64,000 nt of DNA from Fimbriimonadales bacterium. GTDB taxonomy: Bacteria > Armatimonadota > Fimbriimonadia > Fimbriimonadales > ATM1. The stretch is taken from assembly GCA_051003155.1 (NCBI GenBank), contig JBPCLO010000026.1, positions 196,747-260,746 on the forward strand, in the 5' to 3' direction. A program made the translations under genes and the position numbers. This document shows positions 10,269 through 19,066 of the stretch, one piece after another; positions within the stretch are counted from its first letter, which is position 1, and every line of letters begins with the position of its first letter. Under the pieces are notes generated by a model that was not told the DNA's origin, ran no database searches, and was given only the letters and a program-made list of their open reading frames with translations.

Positions 10269-11033
10269 CTACTTCGGAAAGGCCCGCCTAAGCTCTGCGA
10301 GGTGCTCGTGGTCGGTCCAATCGAGGCGAAGCGGCGTGATCGACACGAAGCCGTCGTTGACCGCCTGAACGTCTGTGCCGTCCTGCGAGCTGTCCATGAC
10401 CACGATGCCGCCTTGCCAGAAATAGTCGCGCCCCCAGGGGTCCGACCGCTTCTCGACCCGATCCTCGTAAATCCGCGTTCCCATCTTTGTGATCTTGGTG
10501 CCCTTGATCTCCGGCCAGGCAATGCTCGGCACGTTCACGCTTATCGCGCCATGCTCGCGAAACGGAATGTTCAATAGCCATGGCAGCCATTCCTTGAGCC
10601 AATTCTCCGCGGACTCGTAGTGCAGCGGCGCCATTTCGACGTACGCAGCGACTGAAATCGCTATGGAGCGGATGCCGTTCACCGCCCCTTCGAAGGCCCC
10701 CCCCACCGTTCCGGAATACGTAACGTCCCAACCTAAGTTCGGCCCGTTGTTGATGCCGCTCAATACCAAATCGCAGCCTTTCGGAAAGTACTCGGTCATG
10801 GCGAGATTCACGCAATCCACGGGCAGGCCGTTCACCTCGTAGGCTTCGTAGCCGCCCTCAACATCGGCCTTTCGCACGCGTAGCGGATCGCGCAGCGTCA
10901 TCCCGCGGCCACAAGCGCTTTTCTCCCGATCTGGCGCGCAAAGGACGACACGGCCGTACGCCGCGGCGACCCGTGCGAGCGCATGCAACCCGGGCGCGCG
11001 CACGCCGTCGTCGTTGGTGAGGAGGATTTGCAC
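10269..11033 (-). CDS. surE: 5'/3'-nucleotidase SurE
   Basis: ILLTNDDG, SGINNGPNLG, YSGTVGGA and VSITPL motifs. Confidence 0.96.
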   Translation of the reverse strand: MQILLTNDDGVRAPGLHALARVAAAYGRVVLCAPDREKSACGRGMTLRDPLRVRKADVEGGYEAYEVNGLPVDCVNLAMTEYFPKGCDLVLSGINNGPNLGWDVTYSGTVGGAFEGAVNGIRSIAISVAAYVEMAPLHYESAENWLKEWLPWLLNIPFREHGAISVNVPSIAWPEIKGTKITKMGTRIYEDRVEKRSDPWGRDYFWQGGIVVMDSSQDGTDVQAVNDGFVSITPLRLDWTDHEHLAELRRAFPK

Positions 11034-11285
11034 TATGAGCCAAGTTTACCGATGTCGTCAGAAGTCACAACTTGCCGCGAGCCAGCATTGCCCGTATCCC
11101 GAACGGTGTTATTGGATAAGCGTTTTCCTGAAGGCCGTGAAGTCGGGTTTCTTGGATTATCGACTACCTCGGAGGTTGAAGCGGTCATCCTTCCAGGATC
11201 GGACTCTAGCCTGAATACTTCCCCTGTTGTTGCCGGTCCTGCGCGCGGCCCGCATAACGTTTCCAAGCTGCAGGGCAGGCTTCCT

Positions 11286-12632
11286 CTACTCGGCTCCGGA
11301 CAGTTCGAACTCTTCGTGGAGCATGCGCACGGCCCTGTCGGTATCTGATTCCGGCACAAGCACAGAGACTGAAAGCGAGCTGTCGCTTGTCTGGATTATA
11401 TTGATGCTTCCACGTTGCAACGTCTCCGCGACGCGAAGGAAGATCCCCGGCTGCTGAAGGTACTCGTGCGCGATCATTGAGACGAGGGCACAATTCTCCG
11501 TCAGCAACGCGGTGCATTTACAGATTTCCCTCTCGCCGGACCGCAGCATTTGCTCTTGTGCCGATACTTCCGTTGAGCTTGCGCGGCCAACCTGAACGAT
11601 GTAGGTCTTATCGTCGCCGATCGGGATTACGATCCCGTCTAGGATTTCCTTGACCTTGGCCAGTTGCTTTCTTGGCACCGCGAACGCGAAGCTGTTTTCG
11701 TGCGTGTTGAGCATAAACAGGTTCACGCGGTGATTCGCCATCAGCTTATAAACGTTGTGCTCGAGCGTGCGCTTATCGTCCTCCGAGGAAACTTCAAAGT
11801 GCAGGTAGACCAGCTTGCCGGTGTGCGTTACGCCTGTGACGCGGCGGCCGGGGAACTCGTCCTGGCTCACGATCTCGGTGCCGACCTCTTCGGTGAAGGT
11901 GCTCTTGACCCAGAGCGGGATGTCGTACTTCATGGCGATCTCAGCAGCACGCGGATGCAGAACTTTTGCTCCCTGATGGGCGATTTCTGCTACTTCATCG
12001 TAGGTCATCTTGCGCAAGGTCGGTGCATCGGGCACGGAGGACGGATCGGCTGTTTTAACTCCGTCGACGTCGGTGTAAATCTCGATTGCTTCGGCCCTCA
12101 GAGCCGCGCCAAGCGCGCTTGCCGTAGTGTCGCTGCCACCGCGCCCCAACGTCGTTATCTCGCCATAAACCGACCCGTTTGCGGGCTTTGAGCGGCCTTG
12201 GAAGCCGCACACGACGGGGACTCGCCCCAATTCGACGACTCGCCAGATATCGTCGGGCTGGACTTCGATTATGCGCGCGTTGCCATGTGTGCTGTCGGTT
12301 ACCAACCCTGCCTGTCCGCCGGTCATCGCGCTTGCGAGCTGGCCCAAGGACTTCAGGGTTTGAGCGAACACGCACGTAGACATGATCTCGCCACAGCAGA
12401 GCATGAGGTCCATTTCGCGTTCGTCATACGGCACCAACGGATCGATATCGGTGAGGAGTGACAGTAGCGTGTCTGTGGCGTAAGGCTCGCCTTTGCGTCC
12501 GATCGCGCTCACCACGACAACCGGTGAGAAGCCGTTTTCCGCGGCAGTGACCACCTTGCGGGCGGCCATGAGCCTGCTTTCGGGTGTGGCGACGCTGGTT
12601 CCGCCGAACTTCATTACGACGATTCGCCTCAC
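11286..12632 (-). CDS. Aspartate kinase (DapG/AK-I-like) with ACT domains
   Basis: VMKFGGTS, TTLGRGGSDTTA, YTDVDGV and GAKVLHPRA motifs. Confidence 0.93.
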   Translation of the reverse strand: MRRIVVMKFGGTSVATPESRLMAARKVVTAAENGFSPVVVVSAIGRKGEPYATDTLLSLLTDIDPLVPYDEREMDLMLCCGEIMSTCVFAQTLKSLGQLASAMTGGQAGLVTDSTHGNARIIEVQPDDIWRVVELGRVPVVCGFQGRSKPANGSVYGEITTLGRGGSDTTASALGAALRAEAIEIYTDVDGVKTADPSSVPDAPTLRKMTYDEVAEIAHQGAKVLHPRAAEIAMKYDIPLWVKSTFTEEVGTEIVSQDEFPGRRVTGVTHTGKLVYLHFEVSSEDDKRTLEHNVYKLMANHRVNLFMLNTHENSFAFAVPRKQLAKVKEILDGIVIPIGDDKTYIVQVGRASSTEVSAQEQMLRSGEREICKCTALLTENCALVSMIAHEYLQQPGIFLRVAETLQRGSINIIQTSDSSLSVSVLVPESDTDRAVRMLHEEFELSGAE

Positions 12633-13099
12633 AGGATGTCCACGCGCCCGATGAATTGGCGGAGCGCACCCGCGGTGCCCTGTGCCTTCTCCGTTTGAAC
12701 GACGACCATAACACAGTCATGCATATCGCCAACGTTGTAGATGGTGGCCCCGGATTCGAGGACTATTTGAGCGATTCTGGCCATCAGCCCGCTTTCATCG
12801 CGAACGTTCGGAGAGCTCACTCGTATAACGGCCTTGCTGCGGTGATGGCTTGCCGGGAAACCCGAGGCTTTGAACGCATCCACCACATCCTGCTGAAGTT
12901 TCTCCTCGACGATGAATGAGATCTGAGCCTTCCCGATTTTCAGGAAGTCGACTGAAACCCCGGCGTCTTTCAACGTTTGGAGAGCCTTAGCGAAGCTGCT
13001 CGGCGAATCCGCTCCCTTCACTACGACAAGAGAGAAACCCGGCGTGACGTCGACGGCGGAGATTCCGCGCTGGGTTTCGAAGAATGTCTGCGTTTGCAT
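12629..13099 (-). CDS. Stand-alone tandem ACT-domain protein, coupled to aspartokinase
   Basis: Two ACT-like units (LKDAGVSVDFL; GLMARIAQIVLESGATI). GTGA overlap with the AK start. Confidence 0.8.
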   Translation of the reverse strand: MQTQTFFETQRGISAVDVTPGFSLVVVKGADSPSSFAKALQTLKDAGVSVDFLKIGKAQISFIVEEKLQQDVVDAFKASGFPASHHRSKAVIRVSSPNVRDESGLMARIAQIVLESGATIYNVGDMHDCVMVVVQTEKAQGTAGALRQFIGRVDIL

Positions 13100-13200
13100 C
13101 GGCGAAGGCAAATTATAGCCAACGGACTGCCCTGCCAAGAGAAAACGAAAACCTTCGAAAAATGCAACGGCGGGTGAAAACGCGGCGTTCTAATAAATAA

Positions 13201-13239
13201 GAAGATCTCGGGTTCTCGAAAGAGGACTCCGAGGTCTTC
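13201..13239 (-). terminator. Intrinsic terminator
   Basis: Long hairpin GAAGACCTCGG...CCGAGATCTTC followed by TTATTTATT on the minus strand. Confidence 0.7.
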
Positions 13240-13251
13240 CCTATTTGCCCC

Positions 13252-13500
13252 CTAATCTTCCGAATGGTTCTTGCGATCTGGAAGCCGCGTAAAGTACTGC
13301 TCGTGCTTGCAAAAGGCGGCGAGCTTCCTCAATGCGCACTCGGCATCCTTGTCGAGAGTCATGTTCGCGAGCAAACACATCGACAACAGAGCGAAAGCCT
13401 CATCTTCGGTGAGGCTGAGCCCGGCGTGCCTTTCGTAATCTAATGCGACCAAATTAACCGTCGGTGGGACTCCTTCCGATAAGTTCTTACGGCAATCCAC
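13252..13500 (-). CDS. Small hypothetical protein; start uncertain
   Basis: 82-aa ORF between DAHP synthase and a terminator, with protein-like composition. Confidence 0.5.
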   Translation of the reverse strand: MDCRKNLSEGVPPTVNLVALDYERHAGLSLTEDEAFALLSMCLLANMTLDKDAECALRKLAAFCKHEQYFTRLPDRKNHSED

Positions 13501-13555
13501 TACAGGTTGTTCGCGGAATCGGCCACCAAAAGTTTCGAGAGGGGATCGTGGGGGC

Positions 13556-14602
13556 CTAAAGGCGCACCGTTTTAGGTGTGCACAAGCGTCCCGAAACCTC
13601 GGCGAACACGGCGATCTTCTGCATCATTGACTCGAAAGCCTCCGGAGACAGTGACTGCGCCGCATCGGAGAGCGCCTCGCGCGGGTTCGGATGAACTTCG
13701 ACCATAAGTCCGTCCGCCCCGGAAGCGATCGCGGCGCAGGCCATGGTCGGCACGTATTTGGCGACGCCCACCCCGTGGCTGGGATCGACGATCACCGGGA
13801 GATGGGATATCTCCTTCAGCACCGGGACGGCGGACAGGTCGAGCGTGTTCCGCGTGTAGGTCCGGTCCAGCGGATGGACGCCGCGCTCGCATAAGAGCAC
13901 CTTACTGTTGCCGTGCGCCAGAAGGTACTCGGCGGCAAGCATAAATTCGTCGATGGTCGCCGAAGGGCCCCGTTTCAGCATCACCGGATGCCGGCTCTTG
14001 CCCGCCTCGATGAGGAGCGGAAAATTCTGCATGCTCCGCGCCCCGATTTGGAGGATGTCCACGTGGTCGGCAACGAGGCCCACCATGTCGGGGGACATAA
14101 CTTCCGAAATGGTCTTGATTCCCACCTCGTGGCCCACGCGTTTCATGATCCGGAGGCCTTCGTCGGCGAGCCCTTGGAACGCATAAGGGGAGGTTCGAGG
14201 CTTAAAGGCTCCGCCGCGCAATACCGTCGCCCCGCTCGCCTTGACGATCTCAGCGGACCTCTTTAGCTGGTCGTAGCTCTCAATGCTGCAAGGACCCGCC
14301 ATCACGACGACCTCAGGGCCCCCGAATCGTACATCGCCTATTTCGACGATCGTGCTATCGGGGCGGAATTCTCTCGAAGCGAGCTTGTAGCTACGGCTAA
14401 CTTGGGTGACCTTGCTGACCCCGGGCAGAATCTGGATCCTCTGCTCGAGGGGGTCTCGAAGGTCGGTGGGAATCGCGGAGGGAATACCGATCGCCATCAC
14501 GCTACCGGGCATAAGCAGCGACTCGAGCTCGTGTTGATGAATAACGTCACGAACGCCCTCTATCTCCTCCTGGGATGCTCCAGGCCGCATCACGACGACC
14601 AT
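13556..14602 (-). CDS. aroF: 3-deoxy-7-phosphoheptulonate (DAHP) synthase, class I-beta, with N-terminal regulatory domain
   Basis: AGPCSIE, RGGAFKPRTSPY, QIGARSMQN, LCERG and DPSHG motifs. Start MVVVM overlaps the upstream TAA (TAATG). Confidence 0.94.
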   Translation of the reverse strand: MVVVMRPGASQEEIEGVRDVIHQHELESLLMPGSVMAIGIPSAIPTDLRDPLEQRIQILPGVSKVTQVSRSYKLASREFRPDSTIVEIGDVRFGGPEVVVMAGPCSIESYDQLKRSAEIVKASGATVLRGGAFKPRTSPYAFQGLADEGLRIMKRVGHEVGIKTISEVMSPDMVGLVADHVDILQIGARSMQNFPLLIEAGKSRHPVMLKRGPSATIDEFMLAAEYLLAHGNSKVLLCERGVHPLDRTYTRNTLDLSAVPVLKEISHLPVIVDPSHGVGVAKYVPTMACAAIASGADGLMVEVHPNPREALSDAAQSLSPEAFESMMQKIAVFAEVSGRLCTPKTVRL

Positions 14603-15243
14603 TAGTATCGAATCCTCTTTAAGCCTTTGGGCATGCGCATAACCCTGATAGGAAAGCCGACAAAGTTTAGCGCATCTCGGTACAAGTCCATAACTGCCGC
14701 CGGCACCTCGCCCTGCTTGCGCCTGCGCAGCACCATCGCGAGGTCGTAGAACCAATAGAACACCATCGCCGCCACGACGACAAAGATGGCGAACGCTTGG
14801 CTGAAGATAATGTCTGTGACGATCGTGAAGACGATCAGCGACACAGCCGTAAAGATCATCGTCAGCATGAATCCGCCCACGAAGCTGTGGTCCCTTCCCG
14901 CGAACACGTGGTAAAGGGCGGCGCCCGTCCAGGCAGATCCGACCGTCCAGGCGAAGCCTGTTGCGTAGTCTGGGAACTCGTCCGCAATGAACGGCGTCCA
15001 AAGCGCGATCGCGGCAGTCGAGGAAAGGGCGAACAGAAGAAATACGAGAAACTGGAGCGGAGCGGGGGCGGACCTAAGGCTCGCTAACGCCGCCAAGGAA
15101 CCGATTGCAAGAAGCCAACTCCCCTCAACGCCGAGGCGCGCGAGAAAGTCCAAGCCTTGTGGGCGCACCCAGATGGAGATGAGTATCACGAGCGAAAGCA
15201 GGCTGAAGAGATGCCATAAACCGACGCGCTTTACAAAGCGCAC
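14602..15243 (-). CDS. Membrane protein, probably Bax inhibitor-1/YccA-like
   Basis: About 7 hydrophobic segments. C-terminal FYDL...AAVMDLYRDALNF resembles BI-1. Confidence 0.6.
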   Translation of the reverse strand: MRFVKRVGLWHLFSLLSLVILISIWVRPQGLDFLARLGVEGSWLLAIGSLAALASLRSAPAPLQFLVFLLFALSSTAAIALWTPFIADEFPDYATGFAWTVGSAWTGAALYHVFAGRDHSFVGGFMLTMIFTAVSLIVFTIVTDIIFSQAFAIFVVVAAMVFYWFYDLAMVLRRRKQGEVPAAVMDLYRDALNFVGFPIRVMRMPKGLKRIRY

Positions 15244-15270
15244 GACAGAGGAGTAGTCGCCGCTTGCAAC

Positions 15271-15302
15271 ACTTCCCGGAACCGAGATTGGCTCCGGAAA
15301 GT
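15271..15302 (-). terminator. 13-bp hairpin downstream of rpsG
   Basis: ACTTTCCGGAGCC/GGTTCCGGGAAGT pair fully (with G-U pairs) on the minus strand. No U-tract. Confidence 0.5.
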
Positions 15303-15352
15303 AAGGTGAGTGTATCTGACCCGTCGAGCGTTTGCTCAGGCGCCGCGACCTT

Positions 15353-15823
15353 TTAGAATCGGAAGTGGGCGAAGGCCTTATTGGCGTCCGCCATCCGGTG
15401 GGTATCCTCGCGCCGCTTTACGGTTGCGCCCTGGCCCTTATAAGCGTCCATGAACTCGCCACTCAGCTTTTCGATCATGCTCTTTCCGCTGCGCTTTCTC
15501 GCGTTGGTCACCATCCAGCGGATTGCGAGCGTTCTGCGGCGGGCGGGGCGGACTTCCTGAGGAACTTGGTACGTCTGGCCGCCTACCCGGCGAGGGCGAA
15601 CCTCCATGACGGGCATCGCGTTTTGAAGCGCGCGCTCGAATATCTCGACCGCGGGTTTGCCTTCTTTTTCCTCGCAGATATCGAGGGCCCTGTAAAAAAT
15701 CGATTCGGCCTTGACCTTCTTTCCGTCGAGCATGAGGCGGTTGATAAATCGCTGAGCTAGTTCCGAGCTAAAAATAGGGTCCGGCAAGATCTTCCGCTTG
15801 GGGGTGTGTCCTCTTCTTGGCAT
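15353..15823 (-). CDS. rpsG: 30S ribosomal protein S7
   Basis: [16 protein letters not shown] and [15 protein letters not shown]. Confidence 0.98.
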   Translation of the reverse strand: MPRRGHTPKRKILPDPIFSSELAQRFINRLMLDGKKVKAESIFYRALDICEEKEGKPAVEIFERALQNAMPVMEVRPRRVGGQTYQVPQEVRPARRRTLAIRWMVTNARKRSGKSMIEKLSGEFMDAYKGQGATVKRREDTHRMADANKAFAHFRF

Positions 15824-15826
15824 GGG

Positions 15827-16207
15827 TTACTTAGCCGCCTTCGGCTTCTTTGTGCCGTACTTGCTTCTGCTCTGCTTTCGATCGGCCGTGCCTGAGGTTT
15901 GCTGCGTTCCGCGCACGATGTGATACCTAACGCCTGGCAGGTCCTTCACCCGGCCGCCCCTGACGAGCACGACGCTGTGCTCCTGCAGATTGTGGCCGAC
16001 CCCGGGAATGTAAGCGGTGACTTCCACACCGTTCACAAGGCGCACACGAGCGACCTTTCGAAGGGCCGAGTTCGGCTTCTTCGGAGTCACCGTCCGCACG
16101 ATGGTGCAAACGCCCCGCTTTTGCGGATTTCCTTTCAGCGCGGGCGCCTTCGACTTCACTTTCGTGTTCTTGCGGCCTCGCCTGACGAGTTGGTTCACTG
16201 TTGGCAT
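15827..16207 (-). CDS. rpsL: 30S ribosomal protein S12
   Basis: [19 protein letters not shown] and [12 protein letters not shown]. Confidence 0.98.
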   Translation of the reverse strand: MPTVNQLVRRGRKNTKVKSKAPALKGNPQKRGVCTIVRTVTPKKPNSALRKVARVRLVNGVEVTAYIPGVGHNLQEHSVVLVRGGRVKDLPGVRYHIVRGTQQTSGTADRKQSRSKYGTKKPKAAK

Positions 16208-16314
16208 GTCGATTGAATTCTTCTGGGCCGCTCCCGAACAAGCGGCACTCGGGCAGGCATAGCCCACCAAGCGACGCATTTTGGCTTATTCAGGCACCTG
16301 ATGTCAAGCGGAGT

Positions 16315-17175
16315 CTAACCGTGGAGCGAACCGGCAAGCTGTTTCCACCGCTTCAGGGCGTGCTGCCCGTAGGCATCCAGCTCCGGGTCCATCGCGAGCG
16401 GGGCTTGCCCGCAACGTTTGAGCACTTCGTTTTGGACAGCGGAATGAACTTCGTTCTTAGGATCCAGGTCGCATGCTAGTTGTATGGGTGCCCGGGCCTC
16501 CACCGGTCTCCCAGACGCGCAAAGGGCAGCCGCGAGCTTGGCATAAACGTCATCCTCGCCCGGCGAAAGCGCGAGGGCGGTGCGGAAAGAAGAAACGGCT
16601 TCCTCGGCTCGACCCATGTTGAGGAGCAGGTCGCCAAGCCAAATGCGATAAAAAACGTCCTGCGGCTCGGCCAGTGCCGCTCTCGCAGCGGGTTCTACCG
16701 CATCCTTTGCCACACCTGCCGCGACAAGCGCATCGGCGAGCTTGAACCAATAGAACGCGTTCCCGGGGTTGAGTTCACAGGCCTTTTTGAGCCTCATAAT
16801 GCCTGCCCGATGCTTGCCGTATCGGCGGTAGACCTCCGCCAGGCCCACGTGGGCCTCGGGCTTGGACTTCCAATGCTTCAACAGTTTTTCGTATTGGCTG
16901 GCGGCTTGCACGCCCATCTCCGCGAGTTGGTAGGAGTCGGCGAGCCGGAGTCTGTTCTCGGGGTCCGCATCATCCTGCCTTACGGCGCGTCGGTAATGAT
17001 GGATCGCGTCCGTGGTCTCGCCCTCCGCTAGCCGCTCGTCGCCGATACGGCGGCTCAAACCTGCGTCAGCGGCGTCCGCGCGGGGGAGCGGCTTCCTGCT
17101 CTTCGTTCGCTTTTGCGTCCCTAAATCTGATAGTAGGAACGCCTTCAAGTCAGGCAAATCCTCTTTCATCGGCAC
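16315..17175 (-). CDS. TPR-repeat protein
   Basis: Six or more TPR-like units (AHVGLAEVY, YWFKLADAL, YRIWLGDLL, VYAKLAAAL). Confidence 0.85.
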   Translation of the reverse strand: MPMKEDLPDLKAFLLSDLGTQKRTKSRKPLPRADAADAGLSRRIGDERLAEGETTDAIHHYRRAVRQDDADPENRLRLADSYQLAEMGVQAASQYEKLLKHWKSKPEAHVGLAEVYRRYGKHRAGIMRLKKACELNPGNAFYWFKLADALVAAGVAKDAVEPAARAALAEPQDVFYRIWLGDLLLNMGRAEEAVSSFRTALALSPGEDDVYAKLAAALCASGRPVEARAPIQLACDLDPKNEVHSAVQNEVLKRCGQAPLAMDPELDAYGQHALKRWKQLAGSLHG

Positions 17176-17291
17176 CTATATTATAACATTCGCCTGCGAG
17201 GCGGTCTATCCGCGATTTCTTGGCAGGAAATCGCAACGGAATCGGCGAAGAGAGTATTTTGCCCCTATTGGGCTTGATAATGGAGGACATT

Positions 17292-17873
17292 ATGAAAAAA
17301 GTGACGAGCTTTGCGAAGTGTGGACTGCTGGCTTCCCTTGCGCCAATGGCCCTTGGATTGGCCGGTTGCGGCGGAAGCGGGGGCGGGGTCCCGGCCTTTA
17401 GAGACGTCGAGATCATCATCAACTGGGAAGAAACCGAAGATATCGACCTTCAGGCTGCGCGAAACGACTTTCCGTTCGGGGAGACCGACAACATTTACTG
17501 GGGCAACCTCCAGGGAGGACCGCCGGCATGGGGTCAACACTCGGGAGACGAAATTGGTGAGCCGGGCAGCCAAGAATCGATCACGTTTACGGCCAACGGA
17601 ACGGAGGAGCCTTACAACGCTTATGTACACGGGTACGAGGTGACAAGCGGAAAGGCCAGCGTGAGGTGCCGCGTCTTCTTCGACAATGAGCAAAACCCTC
17701 GCATCGACGACACTTATCTCGTTGGTCCCAACGAGGTCATTCACTTCGCTCGTATCCGGCGAGACGGCGTGACCGTGCCACCGGGCGACGTAGTGATCAA
17801 GGTCGAAAAGCGTCTAAAGAAACAGGCGCCCACCGCCCCTTCGGCTGGAGCGCGTAAGTCAAGCCGGCGCTGA
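17292..17873 (+). CDS. Lipoprotein, YfaP/DUF2135-like domain (tandem copy 1)
   Basis: GGAGG RBS, lipobox LAGC, and W-x4-DIDL...GD...E.I.F...Y.AYVHGY pattern. Confidence 0.75.
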   Translation: MKKVTSFAKCGLLASLAPMALGLAGCGGSGGGVPAFRDVEIIINWEETEDIDLQAARNDFPFGETDNIYWGNLQGGPPAWGQHSGDEIGEPGSQESITFTANGTEEPYNAYVHGYEVTSGKASVRCRVFFDNEQNPRIDDTYLVGPNEVIHFARIRRDGVTVPPGDVVIKVEKRLKKQAPTAPSAGARKSSRR

Positions 17874-17959
17874 GGCTTGTAAAGTGAAAGGAATCGACGG
17901 CTGAGCCGTATTGAGTATTAGATGGGGGAGCGGACGAGGGTTCGCTTTCCGACAATCAA

Positions 17960-18562
17960 ATGGAGATGAAGATGATAGACCTTACGAGCTTCAAGAAGAG
18001 TGGTTTGTTTGCGTTCTTTGCAGTTGCGACCCTGGGAGCCGCCCTGTTTGCCCAAGTTGGCTGCGGTGGCAGCGGAGGCGGAACGCGCGATATTACGGTT
18101 CGAATCGATTGGAATATGGATGAGGACCTTGATCTCGAGGTTTCTCGCAATGACGGGAACTTTGGCGATGCTGACAATATCTCGGTGTTCAACCCGACTG
18201 GGGGACCGCCCCCCTGGGGTCAGCACTTGGGAGATGATCAAGGCGGCGGCGGCTTCAATTTCGAGATTGTCGAGTTCGTTGCCCGAGAGTCCGACGAACC
18301 GTACGACGCGTACGCACATGGCTTCGACATCACGTTCCCCCCGATCACCGTAAGGTGCAGAGTCTGGTACGACAACGAACAGAATCCGCGGATCGACGAC
18401 ACCTATTCCATCGACCATGACGAAGTTATCCACTTCGCTCGCATCCGACGCAACGGCACCACAGTTCCTCCGGGCGACGTGGTTATTAAGGTGGAGAAGA
18501 GGCGGACGAAGGCAGCAAAGGGTGCCGATTCCCCGAAGTCTCCAGCCAAAACTCGCGGATAA
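17960..18562 (+). CDS. Lipoprotein, YfaP/DUF2135-like domain (tandem copy 2)
   Basis: VGCGGSGGG; clear paralog of the upstream gene. Exact start among 17960, 17966 and 17972 is uncertain. Confidence 0.75.
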   Translation: MEMKMIDLTSFKKSGLFAFFAVATLGAALFAQVGCGGSGGGTRDITVRIDWNMDEDLDLEVSRNDGNFGDADNISVFNPTGGPPPWGQHLGDDQGGGGFNFEIVEFVARESDEPYDAYAHGFDITFPPITVRCRVWYDNEQNPRIDDTYSIDHDEVIHFARIRRNGTTVPPGDVVIKVEKRRTKAAKGADSPKSPAKTRG

Positions 18563-18583
18563 TCCTACCTCTAGTTTCTTGTC

Positions 18584-18610
18584 GGCCCGAGGCGCTCGGC
18601 GCCTCGGGCC
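18584..18610. terminator. Hairpin between convergent genes
   Basis: GGCCCGAGGCGC-TCG-GCGCCTCGGGCC, a perfect 12-bp stem. Confidence 0.8.
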
Positions 18611-18616
18611 ATTTTC

Positions 18617-19066
18617 CTAATCCATCCGACGCGATTCCAGAATCAGGGTGACCGGCCCAACGTTCACCAGGGACACAGCCATGTCCGCGCCGTAGGATCC
18701 CGTTTCAATCGTCAGCCCGTTTAGTCGGAGACGATCCACGCAGGAGACGAACAGCCTCCGGCCGTCTTCGAAGGAGGCCGCTTCATCAAAGCTCGGGCGT
18801 CGCCCCTTCTGTGCTGTGCCGCAGACCGTAAAGTTGCTGACCATGAGAACTGAACCTTGAACTTGAACGACGTCACGATTCAGCTTGCCGCCATCGTTCT
18901 CAAAAATGCGCAAACCAGCGATCTTGACCGCCATCCAATCGGCGTCCGCCTGCAAATCTCCCTTCGCCGCGCCCAGCAACACGAGCAGGCCCTGGCCGAT
19001 CGAAGCCACCGTTTCTGCCGCAACCGAAACCGAGGCCGAGGAAACCCGCTGGACAACCGCCCTCAC
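18617..19066 (-). CDS. dtd: D-aminoacyl-tRNA deacylase
   Basis: MRAVVQRV, LRIF, SNFT, KGRRPSF and GPVT. Overlaps the relA stop. Confidence 0.95.
   Translation of the reverse strand: MRAVVQRVSSASVSVAAETVASIGQGLLVLLGAAKGDLQADADWMAVKIAGLRIFENDGGKLNRDVVQVQGSVLMVSNFTVCGTAQKGRRPSFDEAASFEDGRRLFVSCVDRLRLNGLTIETGSYGADMAVSLVNVGPVTLILESRRMD

Noticed and set aside
17292..18562. Tandem paralogs as a diversity-generating retroelement TR/VR pair
   Set aside because: No reverse transcriptase in the window, and the differences are not adenine-specific.
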